64,000 nt of DNA from the human T2T-CHM13v2.0 reference genome, Homo sapiens. The stretch lies in NCBI RefSeq assembly GCF_009914755.1, contig NC_060928.1. One strand, written 5' to 3'. This document shows positions 13,640-28,270 of this stretch, piece after piece. Position 1 is the first letter of the stretch. Each line of letters opens with the position of its first letter. The position numbers were made by a program, and so were the translations under genes. Under the pieces are notes generated by a model that saw only the letters and a list, made by a program, of their open reading frames with translations, did no database searches and was not told where the DNA came from.

Positions 13640-14840
13640 AAAATACCTCTCCTATACTCTCTCAGCACTTCTGACACCAAATATGTGGCAGGGAGTGGGG
13701 TTTCCACAACAGCCAGCTCTCCAATTCTTGGCACACACCAATTGAGTGTCCTACAATTTAACTCAATTCTGACACTAACTGCTCAGAATTAAGACAGACC
13801 CCACAGACCAAAGGATCACTCCCAGAACACTGCCCTCTGCTTCAGATGTCAATCACAAGTAGTGGATCCCCAGGTTACCACAACTCCTGTCTGACTTGGC
13901 TACATATGGAGGTTCCCACAACCCCCTCCTTGGGTTCAAGAATTTGCTGGAACAGCTCACAGAACCCAGGGAAAGTGTACTTACTATTATCAACTTATTA
14001 CAAGGATATTTTAAAGGATACAAATGAACAACAGGATAAAGAGATACACAGGGTGAGGTCCAGAAGGGTCCCAAGCACAGAAGCTTCTGTCTCCATGGAG
14101 TTTGGGTTATACCATTTATATGGTTTGGCTGTGTCTGCACCCAAATATCATCTTGAATTGTAGTTCCCATAATCCCCAACGTGTTGTGGGAGGGACCCAG
14201 TGAGACATAATTGAATCCTGGGGGCGGTTACCCCCATGCTGCTGTTCTCCTGATAGTGGGTGAGTTCTCACAAGATCTGATGGTTTTATAAGGGGCTTTT
14301 CCCGCTTTGCTCAGCACTTCTCCTTGCTGCCACCATGCGAAGAGGTATGTGTTTGCTTCCCCTTCCGCCAGGATTGTAAGTTTCCTGAGGCCTCCCCAGC
14401 TATGCTGAACTGTGAGTCAATTAAACCTCTTTTCTTTGTAAATTACCCAGTCTTGGGTACGTCTTTATTAGCAGTGTGAGAACCAACTAATCCAACCATC
14501 CTCTAGCACATGCACACATTCTTGTTCACTAATCTGGAAGCGCTATGAACCCCTTCTGTTAGGGTTTTCATGGAGGCTTCACTACGTAGGCATGATAGAT
14601 TAAATCTTTGGCTATAAATGATTATTAGCTCAACCTCTGGTGCTTCTGCCCTCCCTAGAGGTTGGAGGGTAGGGCTGAAAGTTCCAACCCTCTAATCACA
14701 TGGTTGGCTCCCCTGACAACCAGATCCCCCATCCTAAAGTCAACCTATTACTTTCCAAAAGTCACCTCATTAACATAAACATAGCTACGGCTGAAAGGGG
14801 CTTGCCAAAATGTATATTTCTTATTATACTACACTATCAC
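13640..14840 (-). mobile_element. ERV LTR (MER21-like) interrupted by THE1
   Basis: cacttctgacaccaaat...gtgtcctacaatttaactcaattctgacact resembles recalled MER21; family and strand tentative. Confidence 0.55.
14116..14494 (+). mobile_element. THE1 (THE1C/D-like) MaLR solo LTR
   Basis: Full THE1 LTR flanked by perfect 5-bp TSD ACCAT (14111-14115, 14495-14499). Confidence 0.9.
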
Positions 14841-15379
14841 AGGAGCTTAAAATCCAGTAGGTAACACAGATATGTAAATAGTCAGGTAGTCAAGATACCA
14901 TAATAATGTGTACAGAGCACAAAGGGGAGGAGGATCCATTCTACTTTTGCCAGGAGGGAGACAGAAAAGGCTTCTGAGAAGATGGGGATTGAACTATGTC
15001 AGAAAAGATGAGTAAGTGTTCCCCAGGCACTCAACAAATTTTTGAAAGATAAAATAGATGGTGGCTGGATAGATGGATCCTGGCAGGCAGGCAGAGGAGT
15101 GTGTCACTCCAAATAGATTGAAGAGTATTAGCAAAGGCACGATGTGAAAGGGCAACTGTAAGTAGGAGACACAGCCAGAAGAGGAGGAAGAGGAGAAGAA
15201 GAAAAAATTGCATCAAGTACTTCGTATCCCAAACTAAGGAATTTTAACTTGATCCTAGAGAAGCTATGCATTTTGCAGATGAAAGATGAAGATCCAGGAA
15301 TTGAATCAAGTAGGGCAGTAATCCACCTAAAACTGGGGTTGGGAGCTGCAATAAGCCTGCAGTAGAGAAAATTCACCGA

Positions 15380-15921
15380 TATGATGCTTAATTTTATGTG
15401 TCAACTTGAATGGGCCATGGGGTACCCAGATTAAACATTGCTTCTGAGTGTGTCTGTGAGAGTGTTTCTCGGTGAGATCAGCATTTGAATCTGTGGACTC
15501 AGGAAGCAAACTGACCTCCCCAATGTGAGCAGGCATCATCCAACCCTGAATAGAACAAAAGGTAAGGAAAGAGGAATTTACCCCTTTTTCCTTGCCTCAC
15601 TACTTGGGCTGAAACATCCCATCTCATCATCTCCTGTCCTCAAACTGGGATTCACATCACTGGCTGTCATGGTTCGCAGGCCTTCAGACTCAGACTGAAC
15701 TACATCACCAGCTTTCCTGGGTCTCCAGCTTGCAGAGAACAGACTGTGAAACCTCTTGGCCTCCACAGTTGTGTGAGCCAATTCCTCACAATATATCTCC
15801 TTTTATGTACATACATACACACACATACACATATATATACATACCCATACATTATATCATATGTATATATCCCATATATATCCTTTTGGTTCAGTTTCTC
15901 TGAAGAACCCTGACCAATACA
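15380..15921 (+). mobile_element. MLT2-type ERVL LTR
   Basis: taattttatgtgtcaacttga...gagatcagcatttgaatc...tttctctgaagaaccctgaccaataca. Confidence 0.8.
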
Positions 15922-16559
15922 ACAGGAACTGGTAACAGATCAGATGTGTGTTGGGGTTGAAATGCTGATGAAACGGAGGAGCTAACAGTTTGAAAAGATA
16001 TTATGTGTCAATTATAAATTTAAAAATTAATTTGAAGAAAGTATAAAGACAATATATACACAAAAAAATGTTTAAACTATAGATTGGAGAAAATTATTTT
16101 ATAAAGTCCAATGAGAGAGTGGTAGATCCAGGACAAAAACCCTCTCAAGTGTTAATTCTCTTCCATCACAAAGAAAATTTTTTTAAAGAAGTTATAACTG
16201 AAAGTAACAAACAAAAATATCCATGAAACTTTTAAAATGTTATCTGTATTATGGGGTGCTAACTTTAAGATGTTTAGATTTTTTTTTCAAATTTTCATTG
16301 GAATATCAAGATTATTTCAAAGATAGGCTTTGAAGAAATATACCTGCAATTTCTGGAAGGTGTGCGCAATCTCTTGTAAGCTGTATGTTGTGCAGGTTTT
16401 TAATTTTTCTAAGCCTTAGTTCTGCATTTTGAAATTAAGTCTAACAAGACTTAATACAGAATTGTTTTGAGAAATAAGAGAAATAATGCATGTAAAGTAC
16501 TTAGCACAGTGGTTAATTTGTAGTTAGTGCTCAATAGGTTGTATCATTTTTACTACTAA

Positions 16560-17073
16560 TGTGCAGAAAAGAGTTAACACAGCAGGCTTGAGGCTGCTGT
16601 CCCAAGAAAGGCCTGTTTACAAGGCTGATCCTTGCCTGGCATCTGGGAACTTGGACTTTGGGAGGGTCCCACTATTACCAACACTGATGAGGTGGCTCAC
16701 TGTACCTAAACTGTACAATGCAGTTCATGCTGAAGACCTGCTTTCCTTCTGGAGTCTGGAACCTTGGTACACTAGGCATAGGACACCTGTGTGATCAGCC
16801 TCCAACAAAAACCTTGGGCACCAAGTCTCTAATAGCACATTTCACAATTGTCACAATTGGATGCTGGAGGAATTATGCACATCCTCTGGGACTCTACTAG
16901 GATAAGATTCTTGGAAGCTTATGCCTGGCCCCATGTGTCTTTTCCCTTTACTGATTTTGTTTTGTATCGTTTCGCTGTAATAAATCTAGTTGTGAGTATG
17001 ACTCAATGCTGAGTCCTGTGAGCTGTCATAGTGAATCACTGAATGTACAGGTGGAGTTGGGAACCCTGGCACA
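16560..17073 (+). mobile_element. MER68-like ERVL LTR
   Basis: TGTGCAGAAAAGAGTTAACACAGCAGGC start; aataaa near 16979; ends ...GGCACA. Confidence 0.75.
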
Positions 17074-18075
17074 ACGAGTTTCCCCATTCCTTCAACTTTG
17101 TAAGTTATTTGCCAGCTTCCATGCTGGGGCAGTACAACAGACAAAAAGCCAACCAAATTAAGAGATCCAAAGTCCAATTCTAAAAATTCCTGATTTCTTA
17201 GCTAATGATAGTTGCAAATTTACATACTACTTCAATTTTTTAAATTCAACATCTCAACCTATAGAAATCAATTCCTCATTTTCTCTCTCACTATTATTTG
17301 TAGATCTTTTTCCTGATCAAACTCCAGTGCTGCTCTTCCTTGGTTCCCACCTCATTATCCCATGGAGCCTCCACTGAAACATTGGGTGGTCTGTCCCCTG
17401 TGTCATTTAGCCCCGTGACTAGAAAGCAACATCACTTATGAAACCTCCAGTGTCCTTTGCTCTGTGTTATCCTGAATAGGATCAAATAATATAAACTTCC
17501 AGGAAGATCTTTTTTCAGTTCATTTGGAATATGTGGAAATACACATGAATTAACTAACTACCATAAAGAAAGGAGGACAAACTAAAGAAGGACCCACAGC
17601 GGAAACTGAAATGCAAGTTTTGCAAAATTAGACTGAGGAAATGGTTTGAGTGAATTTCTCGTTATCTAGAATAGGATTTTTCAGCATATTTCAACAAGCA
17701 CAGAAAGGTTTATTACATAATAGGAAGAATTTCAAGAAAAGCTTGCTGTCATCATGTTGAAGAAGCTGTCCAGAGAATAAGGAGAAGATGGACGTCTTCT
17801 GTCTAACATTATGAACTGAGAGTTTTAACGAGTATTAGTGGCACTTGGTAGCCACAAAGAAACCATAAATCATAGTTATTAGATCAATCGACAGCCTCCT
17901 CATTGTTTTTCTATTGAAAACAGGAGAACTATGAACAATAAAAATAAATATCTCTAGGGCTATTTTATTTCTGAATGGCCCCTGTGGTTCTAATTTACTT
18001 CTAGAGTCACATTTTTTTAACAAAATATTATTTTTAAAAACCTGTTGATTTGCACAGATTACTCATGTCACATCC

Positions 18076-18391
18076 TTTTTTTCTCTTTCTTTTTTTCTTT
18101 TCCTTTTTTAGATGGAGTCTCGCTCTGTTACCCAGGCTGGAGTGCGTGGTACAACCTCAGCTCACTGCAACCTCTGCCTCCTGGCTCCAAGCAATTCTCT
18201 TGCCTCAGCCTCCTGAGTAGCTGGGATTACAGGCACCTGCCACCACACCCAGCTAATTTTTTTGTATGTTTAGTAGAGACGGGGTTTCACCATGTTGGCC
18301 AGGCTGATCTCAAACTCCTCACCTCAAGTGATCCACCCACCTCAGCTTCCGAAAGTGCTAGGATTACAGGCATGAGCCACCACGACCGGCC
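18076..18391 (-). mobile_element. AluS
   Basis: Reverse dimeric Alu. Confidence 0.92.
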
Positions 18392-19202
18392 CTCACATTC
18401 TTTTCCGAATCACAGCTTCCAGGGATAGGGAGATGGAAATCAGAAGATTGATCCACGGCAAACAGTGAACTGAGCACATTAGCACAAACATGGAAGAAAC
18501 ATAGCAACAAGGTGTTGCTGGCCATGCCTAGAAGCCAGGCAGAGCTGTTGGGGAATTCAGCCCAGCACTGTCAGAACTTTTGTTATTTTAAGAAGCCAGA
18601 TTCTTACAAAGTTTCTTTTTTTTTCTTTTTTTTTCTTTTTTTTTTACTACTGACAATTATTTTACTATGAGAGGCAAACAAATCTGTGACCACATTTCAA
18701 GGCATAGGTCACAAGTATGCCAGTGAATGTTGGTCCATGAGAGAAGAAACCAGAAGGGATCAAAACGCCCAGCTCATCAGAGGAGTGGGGGTGAAGGCAG
18801 GAATTAAGTAACAGGACTAGGCTCTCTAGCCCAGGCAGCAGCAGCCAGAAAGGAGGTGGATTCTGCCAGGAAGTGTTAGAGGCTGGGTTTTTCTGTGTTG
18901 TGACTACCTCCTCATTCTGTCCTTTCTGGTTCTCAGGGTGGCTGAGGCTGCTCCAAGGCAAGATGGTGAGCGAGGTTCTGAAGGAAGAGGGATGCCACTG
19001 TTGTCCTTATTCCCCTTAAGCTAAACCAAAAGGGGTACTTTAAACTCAATATGTTTATCTTCTTCAAAGTGAGTTAGCAATTGCAATATATTTCAATAGT
19101 AACTGCCCATACTGCGAACCAAACAATGTCGGTTTCTGAGACTTTTTTCATTAGTAAAAAAATTGCATTTTACCACTTTCACTTCTTTTCTTAGACTTAC
19201 TG

Positions 19203-19706
19203 CAGTTGACCCTTAAACAATATGGGCTTGAACTGCATGGGTCCATTGATAGAGGGATTTTTCTCTCAGTAAAAGTTACACTGAGTGTGCCTCACTCTCC
19301 TGCTTCCCCTTCAACCTCCTCCACATCTTCCCCCTCTGTCACCCCTGAGACAGCAAGACCAACCCCTCCTCTTCCTCCTCCTCAGCCTACTCAACGTGAA
19401 GATGGCAAGGAAGAAGACCTGTATGATGATCCACTTCCCGTTAATAAATAGTAAATCTATTTTCTCTTTTTTATGATTGTCTTAATATTTTCTTTTGTCT
19501 AGCTTACTTTATTGTAAGAATACAGTATGTTATATATATATAACATACCAAATATGTGGTAACCTACTGTTCATGTCCTCAGTAAGACTTCCAGTCAACA
19601 GTAGGCTATTAGTAGTTAAGTTTGCGGGGGGAGTCAAAAGCTATATGCAGATTTTTGACTGCACAAGGGTTGGTGTCCCTAACCCTACATTGACAAGAGT
19701 CAACTA
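19203..19706 (+). mobile_element. Tigger2a (MER28)-like DNA transposon
   Basis: TIRs cagttgacccttaaacaa / ttgacaagagtcaacta followed by TA; typical internal cctcctcagcctactcaacgtgaagatg. Confidence 0.85.
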
Positions 19707-20275
19707 TATATTAAAATCAAATTATAACAAATTATTACCATACAGCAAAAATGTGTAAATGTTTCCTTTAAAATCTGTTTTAGGTTTCAAAATAATTCAC
19801 ATTTCTGGTAACAGTTCTTGTCTAAAACACTTCTGGATTTTTAAATTTTTTAGATTTAACAAAGCAAATATAGCACATATATCATATGTTACATAATAGT
19901 CCCAGCAGGGACTAGGGCAGCTCCACATAATTAAATACATTAATATTTCTGCACACATAGACATGTACAGATACACACACATACACACACACAGGTTTTG
20001 TAACTAAGAGTTTTGAGGTTTTGGTTTTCAGCATTTTGGGGACTTAAGGATAAAGGAGTATGCTCCTAAATTACATGAACCTGCAGAATACCACAGGTCA
20101 CAATGACGAGCCACAGCAGAAATTAAGAGTTGAGGACCATCATGAAACACAATGCCATTCTATCTAAATTGGGGGAAACCAAATCACAGAGAAATCAGTG
20201 GGAGAAAAAAAATACAACTAAATCAACGTCTGAGGAAGATACTCTAGAAAAAAAACAGAATGAAAACTAAACCAG

Positions 20276-20577
20276 GGCCGGGTGCAGTGGCTCATGCCTG
20301 TAATTCTAGCAGTTTGGGAGGCCCAGGTGGGTGGATCACTTGAGGTCAGGGGTTCAAGACCAGCCTGGCCAATATGGTGAAACCCCATCTCTACTAAAAA
20401 TCCAAAAATTAGCCGAGTGCGGTGGCATGCACCTGTAAATCCCAGCTACTCGGGAAGCTGCGGCAGAAGAATTGCTTGAACCAGGAGATGGAGGTTACTG
20501 TGAGCCGAGATCGCATCACTGCACTCCAGCCTGGCAACAGAGCAAGACACTGTCTCAAAAAAAAAAAAAAAAAAAAC
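20276..20577 (+). mobile_element. AluS
   Basis: TSD aaaactaaaccagg on both sides. Confidence 0.93.
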
Positions 20578-21349
20578 TAAACCAGGATCACCAACAGTCC
20601 ACTGAAACCAATTGCATAACAGCATATGGTTAGCCATGGGCAACCCAGCCCCTGGTCATTTCCTGGAAACCAAGGATATTTCTAGCAGAGAAGGCAGTAT
20701 GTGGCAGTACTAGCAAATGCCACACCCAACATGTCAGAAGCAAAAGAACCAGAGGTGATTGCACATTCAAGGCCTCATCTAGCAGTGGAAGGAGAAGCTA
20801 AAGCCACCCACAAGCCAGGAGTGTGCTAACCACACATTTGTCTGTGCCACGTGCTCACCGGCCAGGTTTTTTAGTGAGCTGCTTTCTCCCTGCTGCCATC
20901 GAAGAAACTTTGTAGTAGCTGTTTATCATTAAAAAAATGAATGTTTAAAAACTCTGCTTTAGGTCAACTTCGATAACGTGTTGAGTCCACCAAATCACCA
21001 ACCAGTTTTAAGTAACTTCTACTTAATAAAGAAGAAATATTCATATAAAGTAATGGACTTGGATACAATTTATATTTGCTAAAGAAGACTTTGATACATA
21101 ATAAGCGGTTTACAGGAGAGAGCCATATGTACAATGCACCTTACAAATTCCATGAGGATCTAAAAGTAATGTAATCTAATAGATTAATTCATAGGTTAAT
21201 TATAATAAACCTATAATTAACAGATTTGTTAATTTCTATCCATACTCTGAAATTCATCTTTCAAGTCCAAATGATAATAAATCATTACTTCATTAACCCA
21301 AAGCATTTTCAATAAGATTGGAGAGGCAGGCAATATTATAAAATCGTTA

Positions 21350-21574
<225 letters not shown>

Positions 21575-22421
21575 CTACAGTGAAAAAAGAAACAGTTAAA
21601 ATGTGACAGTTTAATTTTCTATGGATGTTGCCATTTCCAATTACCAAAATCAGCTTCACCCTCACCCCTGCTGGAGCAGATGAGTATTGATCTCTGTGCC
21701 CAAACTGAGAATGCCTGGGGCACAAAAATTCAATCTCCTCTCCTTTTCCAGTTTCCATCCTGCTCCTCCACATCTCATCATTTCATGAGAAAAATCTAAT
21801 CAAGGTTCTTCATGATGATGATTCATTCCTTTTTACCTCCTAGTACCCTTAGCTTTCTGGTGCACTCCTACTATTTGATTGCAGGGAACAAGTATCTCAT
21901 ATGGAAAAGCACATTTCGTCACCTGTGTGGCTGATTTACACTGGCATTTGAATTGCTTCAGGATCTTGGTTCACAAAACAGATGACCTTACAGACACAGC
22001 CAACTCATGAACAAAATGAATTAGCATGGTGGTGGATATGATTCATACTCCAGCTCTGATAAGGATGTAATCTCAATGAAGCATCCTAGTTACCAGTGCC
22101 ACAGGGATGTTCTCTGGTGTCTACACTACCATGCTCCAGAGTTCTCTTCCCTATGGCTCCTGTCTCCACCACAAGAGAAATGGAAACCTACCAGTCATAG
22201 TTAACCTGCTCAGGGCAGAGTCCACCTGGATAAGAAAGTCTCAGCCCTTTAACTCCAGACTATTCATACCTAGACTGAGCCTTTTAAAATTCAACACAAT
22301 TTAACTATCTGAAAACCCAAAGACATTCAAAAAAGGCTTGAAGATTCATATTTGAGACAAGTTGAATTAACAACAGCCTCTCCTTCTCTTGCCTCCACTA
22401 TGCCTTTAAAGAAGTAACTGT

Positions 22422-22706
22422 GGCTGGGCACAGTGGCTCACGCCTGTTATCCCAGCACTTTGGGCAGATCACTTTAGGTGAGGAGTTCAAGAGCAGCCTG
22501 GCCAACATAGCAAAACCTCATCTTTACTAAAATAACAAAAATTAGCTGGGCATGGTGGCGCATGCCTGTAATCCCAGCTACTCAGGAGGCTGAGGCAAGA
22601 GAATCACTTGAACCTGGGAGGTGGAGCGTGGAGTGAGCCAGACAGCACCACTGCACTCCAGCCTGGGTGACAGAGCAAGACTTCGTCTCAAAAATAATAA
22701 TAAATA
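22422..22706 (+). mobile_element. AluS
   Basis: First of a tandem Alu pair. Confidence 0.9.
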
Positions 22707-23031
<325 letters not shown>

Positions 23032-23926
23032 TTAAAGGACAGAGGCAAGAAGAGTCACATGAACAGCATGAAGTGGCTCTCAGACAGCACGGCCGGTGAC
23101 TGGACACGGTTAGCCACTGAGGAATTCTACCATCTTCACACCCAATCCAACACCTCCAATGCACCCTTTAATTTCCTATTACTGATTGGTCATCATCCAA
23201 TCAGGCCCCTCCATTTTCTATAAGGTTCCTTTACAACAGCTTCTCTCTGAACATCAGTTCCTTCATTTGTAAAGTATGGAAGGAAAGACCACAAGGTCAG
23301 TGTGAGGTTTAAATGAGATATGGGCAAGAACTGACTATGAAAATACTACGCAAATGTTTATCATTTTTAATTCCACGGCTATTTGCCTCGCTCAGAACAT
23401 TATGACCCCACATCTGGACCATGAGAGTAGCTTCCCAATTGGTCTTCATTTCCTCAAGTTCTTGCCTGCTTTTATTCAAACTGCCTATCCATCACTCCCA
23501 TTGGATCAATCTTCAAAGATTCAGCATTGCCATTTCACTCATCAGAAATCCTGAATGCCTCCCCACGACCTGCAGAGTAAAGCTAAAATTCCTTAGTCTG
23601 ACACGAGAGACTGTCCACATTCTGGCTGCAGCCTACCAGTCCATCTTTACTTCCACCACACTCCAATCAAAATAGTCTTCCAAATCTCCGGAGATTCCCC
23701 TCACAGCATTCATTCCCTGGCCTAGTGGACTCTCTGCTTTCCACCTGTGAAGATATACCAGCTCAAAATTCCCCTCCTTGATGTAGTCTCTCCTAATGGC
23801 TCCTATTAATTAAAAGCCTTCCAACTCCTGGGCCATAATTTCTATCACTCATCATAGAGCTAATCATATTCTGCTATGTCTACAGCAATTAATGTACGTA
23901 TTTTTAATTCTCACTTAGCTGTTAAG

Positions 23927-24082
23927 GAATGGTTCTCAACCTTAAGTGTGTATTAGAATCTAGGGAATTTCATTTTAATACAGATGTCTAGGCTCCACTT
24001 CCAGGTTTTTTTATTCAGTTGGTCTGGGGAGGAGCCCTGAGCATCATGATTTCATGTACTGATAGAATTGAGAGCCACTATC
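23927..24082. mobile_element. MER5-like hAT-Charlie fragment
   Basis: atggttctcaac...ttcagttggtctgggg...ttgagagccact termini. Confidence 0.6.
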
Positions 24083-24386
24083 TTAAAGGAAGACACTGAA
24101 CTCTTGTACCTCTTTATCCCAGTCCCAGTGTCTACAGTAGCCTCTCAGTAGCAGCTAAACCACAGAACTAATTAACCCAACAGCCAACTTAAGCTAAGGA
24201 GTCACAGGAAAGCTCTTGCCCTTTTTGCATCTAAGTTGGTCTTCCTTATTCCATATTAAAATTTTGGCACTCCATCCTTCTTTCCTAAGAAACTGTCAGA
24301 ATGCAAATACCATTTCTCTGGAAATTATATTTTCATCTTTGTGCAACACATTTTCAAGGGTGAAAATGACTACTTATAAGAACAGA

Positions 24387-24826
<440 letters not shown>

Positions 24827-24863
24827 TTATATGCAGTTCTAGAAGCAAAAGGTCTCAACATCA

Positions 24864-25232
<369 letters not shown>

Positions 25233-26252
25233 CACCTTATCTGACATATGTGTGATTACTACTCTTATACAGAATCACACCATTTAAGTTGAAAGGAATC
25301 TTAGTCACCATCTATCTCCCTCAAGAAACTGAAGTTCAGAAAAGTTAAATGGCTTACTCAAGGTCACACAAGCCAAGACTAGAAAAAAGTCTCCTAGTTC
25401 CTACTTACGGGCTTTCCCTATCCTTCTATCCCATACAACTAAAGTTCACCACTGTTGTTATAATTCATTGGCCAATGGGAAGTCCTGGCCAAGAAATCTA
25501 CTAAAGTTCAGAGAGATACAAATGAAGGAAAAGTCTCCTCATGTAGACTTCCAGCCAAAGATAGAGTGTTGAATGCACACTTCGCATTGGCTCCTTCCTG
25601 AAATTCCATTAAAAACAGTTACATTGTTGTTGTTAAGGAACTGACTCTCAAGGAAATAGAAAACAAAAAAGGAAACAACAATAGAATTTTGGAAACTGGA
25701 AAACAAATAAATATGTGCCAGGTCCCACCAAGGGGAAGGCTGGAAACAACCCAATTTCTTCTGCAAAACATCCAAATAGCTCAAGAATCAGAAGAATATG
25801 GTATCTCTAGAAGTTGTGATGGAGAAGGAATTAAAGCAGAAGAATTGTTGGCAAATCAGTTTAATAAAGAGAGTCCCCGATCCTCTCCACTTCCATGCCA
25901 TAGATCTAGGTGACTAACCCTCCTCAACCCTGGAAGAAAACTAGAGGTTTATTTCGGAAGACTATAAAACACAGGGTCTCTATCCTGGGAGAGACTAAGT
26001 GCAGCTGCAGCTGGGAATACCACACTGAAAAGGAGGAGCTTAAGTGAAACTGTACAAGTGTCCATATCAATGATGAGGCTAGTCAGCTCTCTTCTCCCAT
26101 CTGGCTCCAGGACATCAGGACTGGACTAAGGGAAAAGTCTTGAAGACACAGACATAGAAGTGTCCCCAAAAAAATGGCACAGCCAGACTACCCTATAGTT
26201 AAGCCCACAGTCAGCAAGGCCCACTACCATGCATGAAGCTTCCAATTGACAC

Positions 26253-26390
26253 TTTTTTTTTTTTTTTTTTTTAAAGACAAGGTCTGGCTATGTTGCCCAG
26301 GCCGGACTCAAATTCCTGGGCATAAGTGAACTTCCTGCCTCAGCCTCCCCAAGTAGCTGAAACTACAGGTGCACATGACCACGCCCAGCT
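26253..26390 (-). mobile_element. Alu monomer (FLAM-like)
   Basis: Poly-T plus one Alu arm; TSD caattgac/caactgac. Confidence 0.8.
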
Positions 26391-27825
26391 CAACTGACTT
26401 TTTAAAGTCCCACTCTGATAAATGAGAGAAAGCCAAGGATCACCCCAGACAATTGAGGAAAAATTATAATATGAATCTAAGGTCAAAGAACAAATGCAAA
26501 AAAAGGGCAAGTTGGAAGAAACAAAAGTTGTACAGAAAAAAAGAAAATGTTAAAAAAAACTCAACAAAATCAAAGAATTAAGGGAAATACATGCATGAAA
26601 CAAGGTCAAGACACAGCCAAAATAAGAAATAGAGCCAAAAAAACAGGAGCTACTAGAAATCAAAAATAAAATGACAGAACTTAAAAACTCAATGGAAAAG
26701 TTAGAACATAAAATTGAGAAACTCTCCCAAAAAAAAAAAAAATTAAGACGCAGAAAACATAATGGAATTACAGAACTCACTCAGAAAGTTCAGCATCTAA
26801 AAACCAGAAGTTCCAGAAAGAGAAAGCAAAGAAAACAGAATGAGAAAACAATCAAAGAAAATTTTTAGGAAAATTTCTTCAAACTGAAGGTTATTTTCAG
26901 ATTGAAATACTACCAAATTAAGGCAACTCTTGTAAAATTTCACAACTATGGGGATAAGCCAAATATTAAGCAAGCTTAAATGTAAGTTTCATTGAAAGCA
27001 TCAAAATTCAGAATGGTAATCATCAAGGGTAATGCCAGAGAGTAGAAGACAATGAAGAAAAACTCAGAAAGAAAGTGATTTCTAATCAAAAATTCTATAC
27101 TCAGCCAAAGTGCCAATGAAGTGACAGGAGAATAAAGACGTTTTTCAAATATGCGCAAGGCTTTAACAATTTTCTCTTATCCACCTTTCTCAAAAAGCTA
27201 CTTGGGGATGTAGCCAAAATACCAAAACAAAGCAGGAAACCAAAAAAGCAAAAACCACAAGAATTTAGGAAACAAACATTCCAACATAAGAAAGAGGTAA
27301 AGGGACCCCCTCCCCCAATAGATGATGAAGGGAAATCCCAAAATGAATGACACTGAGCAGCTGGCCAAGAGTACAACCAGTCCGGATTGGATCAAGTAAG
27401 GAGGTTCTTCCAAAGAATTCTTCTAGGAAACAAAACTGAATGTATGGGGAGAAGATTTATAATAAGTTAGTAAAATTTAGCCAATTTTAAAAAACAAAAT
27501 AATTCCAAAGGAAAACAAAAAATTGTTTAGAAAAGGAAAAATAATCACAGGTATGCTACAGAGTTCTGCTACAAATAACAACTACACCGTCATAATCAGG
27601 TAAACAATAGTGATAATCTTACTACCAATATAAATACATTGGGTGTGAGAGCAGGAAGTATGCTCCCGTGTGGGTGGGGGAGTACTTTATGAAAGAGAGC
27701 TATTTCCTCCATGGTAGTAGGAGGAGAAGGAGGAAAAGGTAGCAGAGGAGAAGAAGGAGGAAACCAATAAATAATATCTACAATTGAAAAAGCAAGAAGT
27801 AGCAATGTAAAGCATGTTTAGAGAC

Positions 27826-28270
27826 TGTCAAGAGACAAAATGACAACAAATTTAGTAAAAGTGACTTTTACTCACAATTCATGAGTCAGGGTAGCCTCTA
27901 CTCTGTAAAATAGAATGAGAGCTCCCACTGGGCCAGGGCAGAACCATGGATTTTATAAGGTGGGAACAAGGAAACAGAATAATAGGAAAAAAAAAAAGCT
28001 GATTAGTAACATCAAGTTACTTCAGGTTACTTTTTTTGGTAAAGATTAAAACAGAGGGGACTTCCTTATTAAACTGATTCACGTAGACTGTAATCTTCTG
28101 TTTTCAGGGGGGAAAATGGTCTATTTGGGGATCTACCTGCTCCCTTAAAGCTTCAGTTTGATTATGCAGCATTTAGCATGGGTGACTCCATTTCTGTTTG
28201 GTCTGGTTTGTTGGGGCCTAGTACAGGAGCTCAGTCCAAAACAATGGCCTCCCATAATTTTTGTTTAATA
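27826..28270 (-). mobile_element. ERV1 MER4-group LTR (MER93/MER57-like)
   Basis: Reverse complement begins ~TATTAAACAAAAATTATGGGAGGCCATTGTTTTGGACTGAGCTCCTGTACTAGGCCCC and ends ...TTGACA. Confidence 0.65.
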
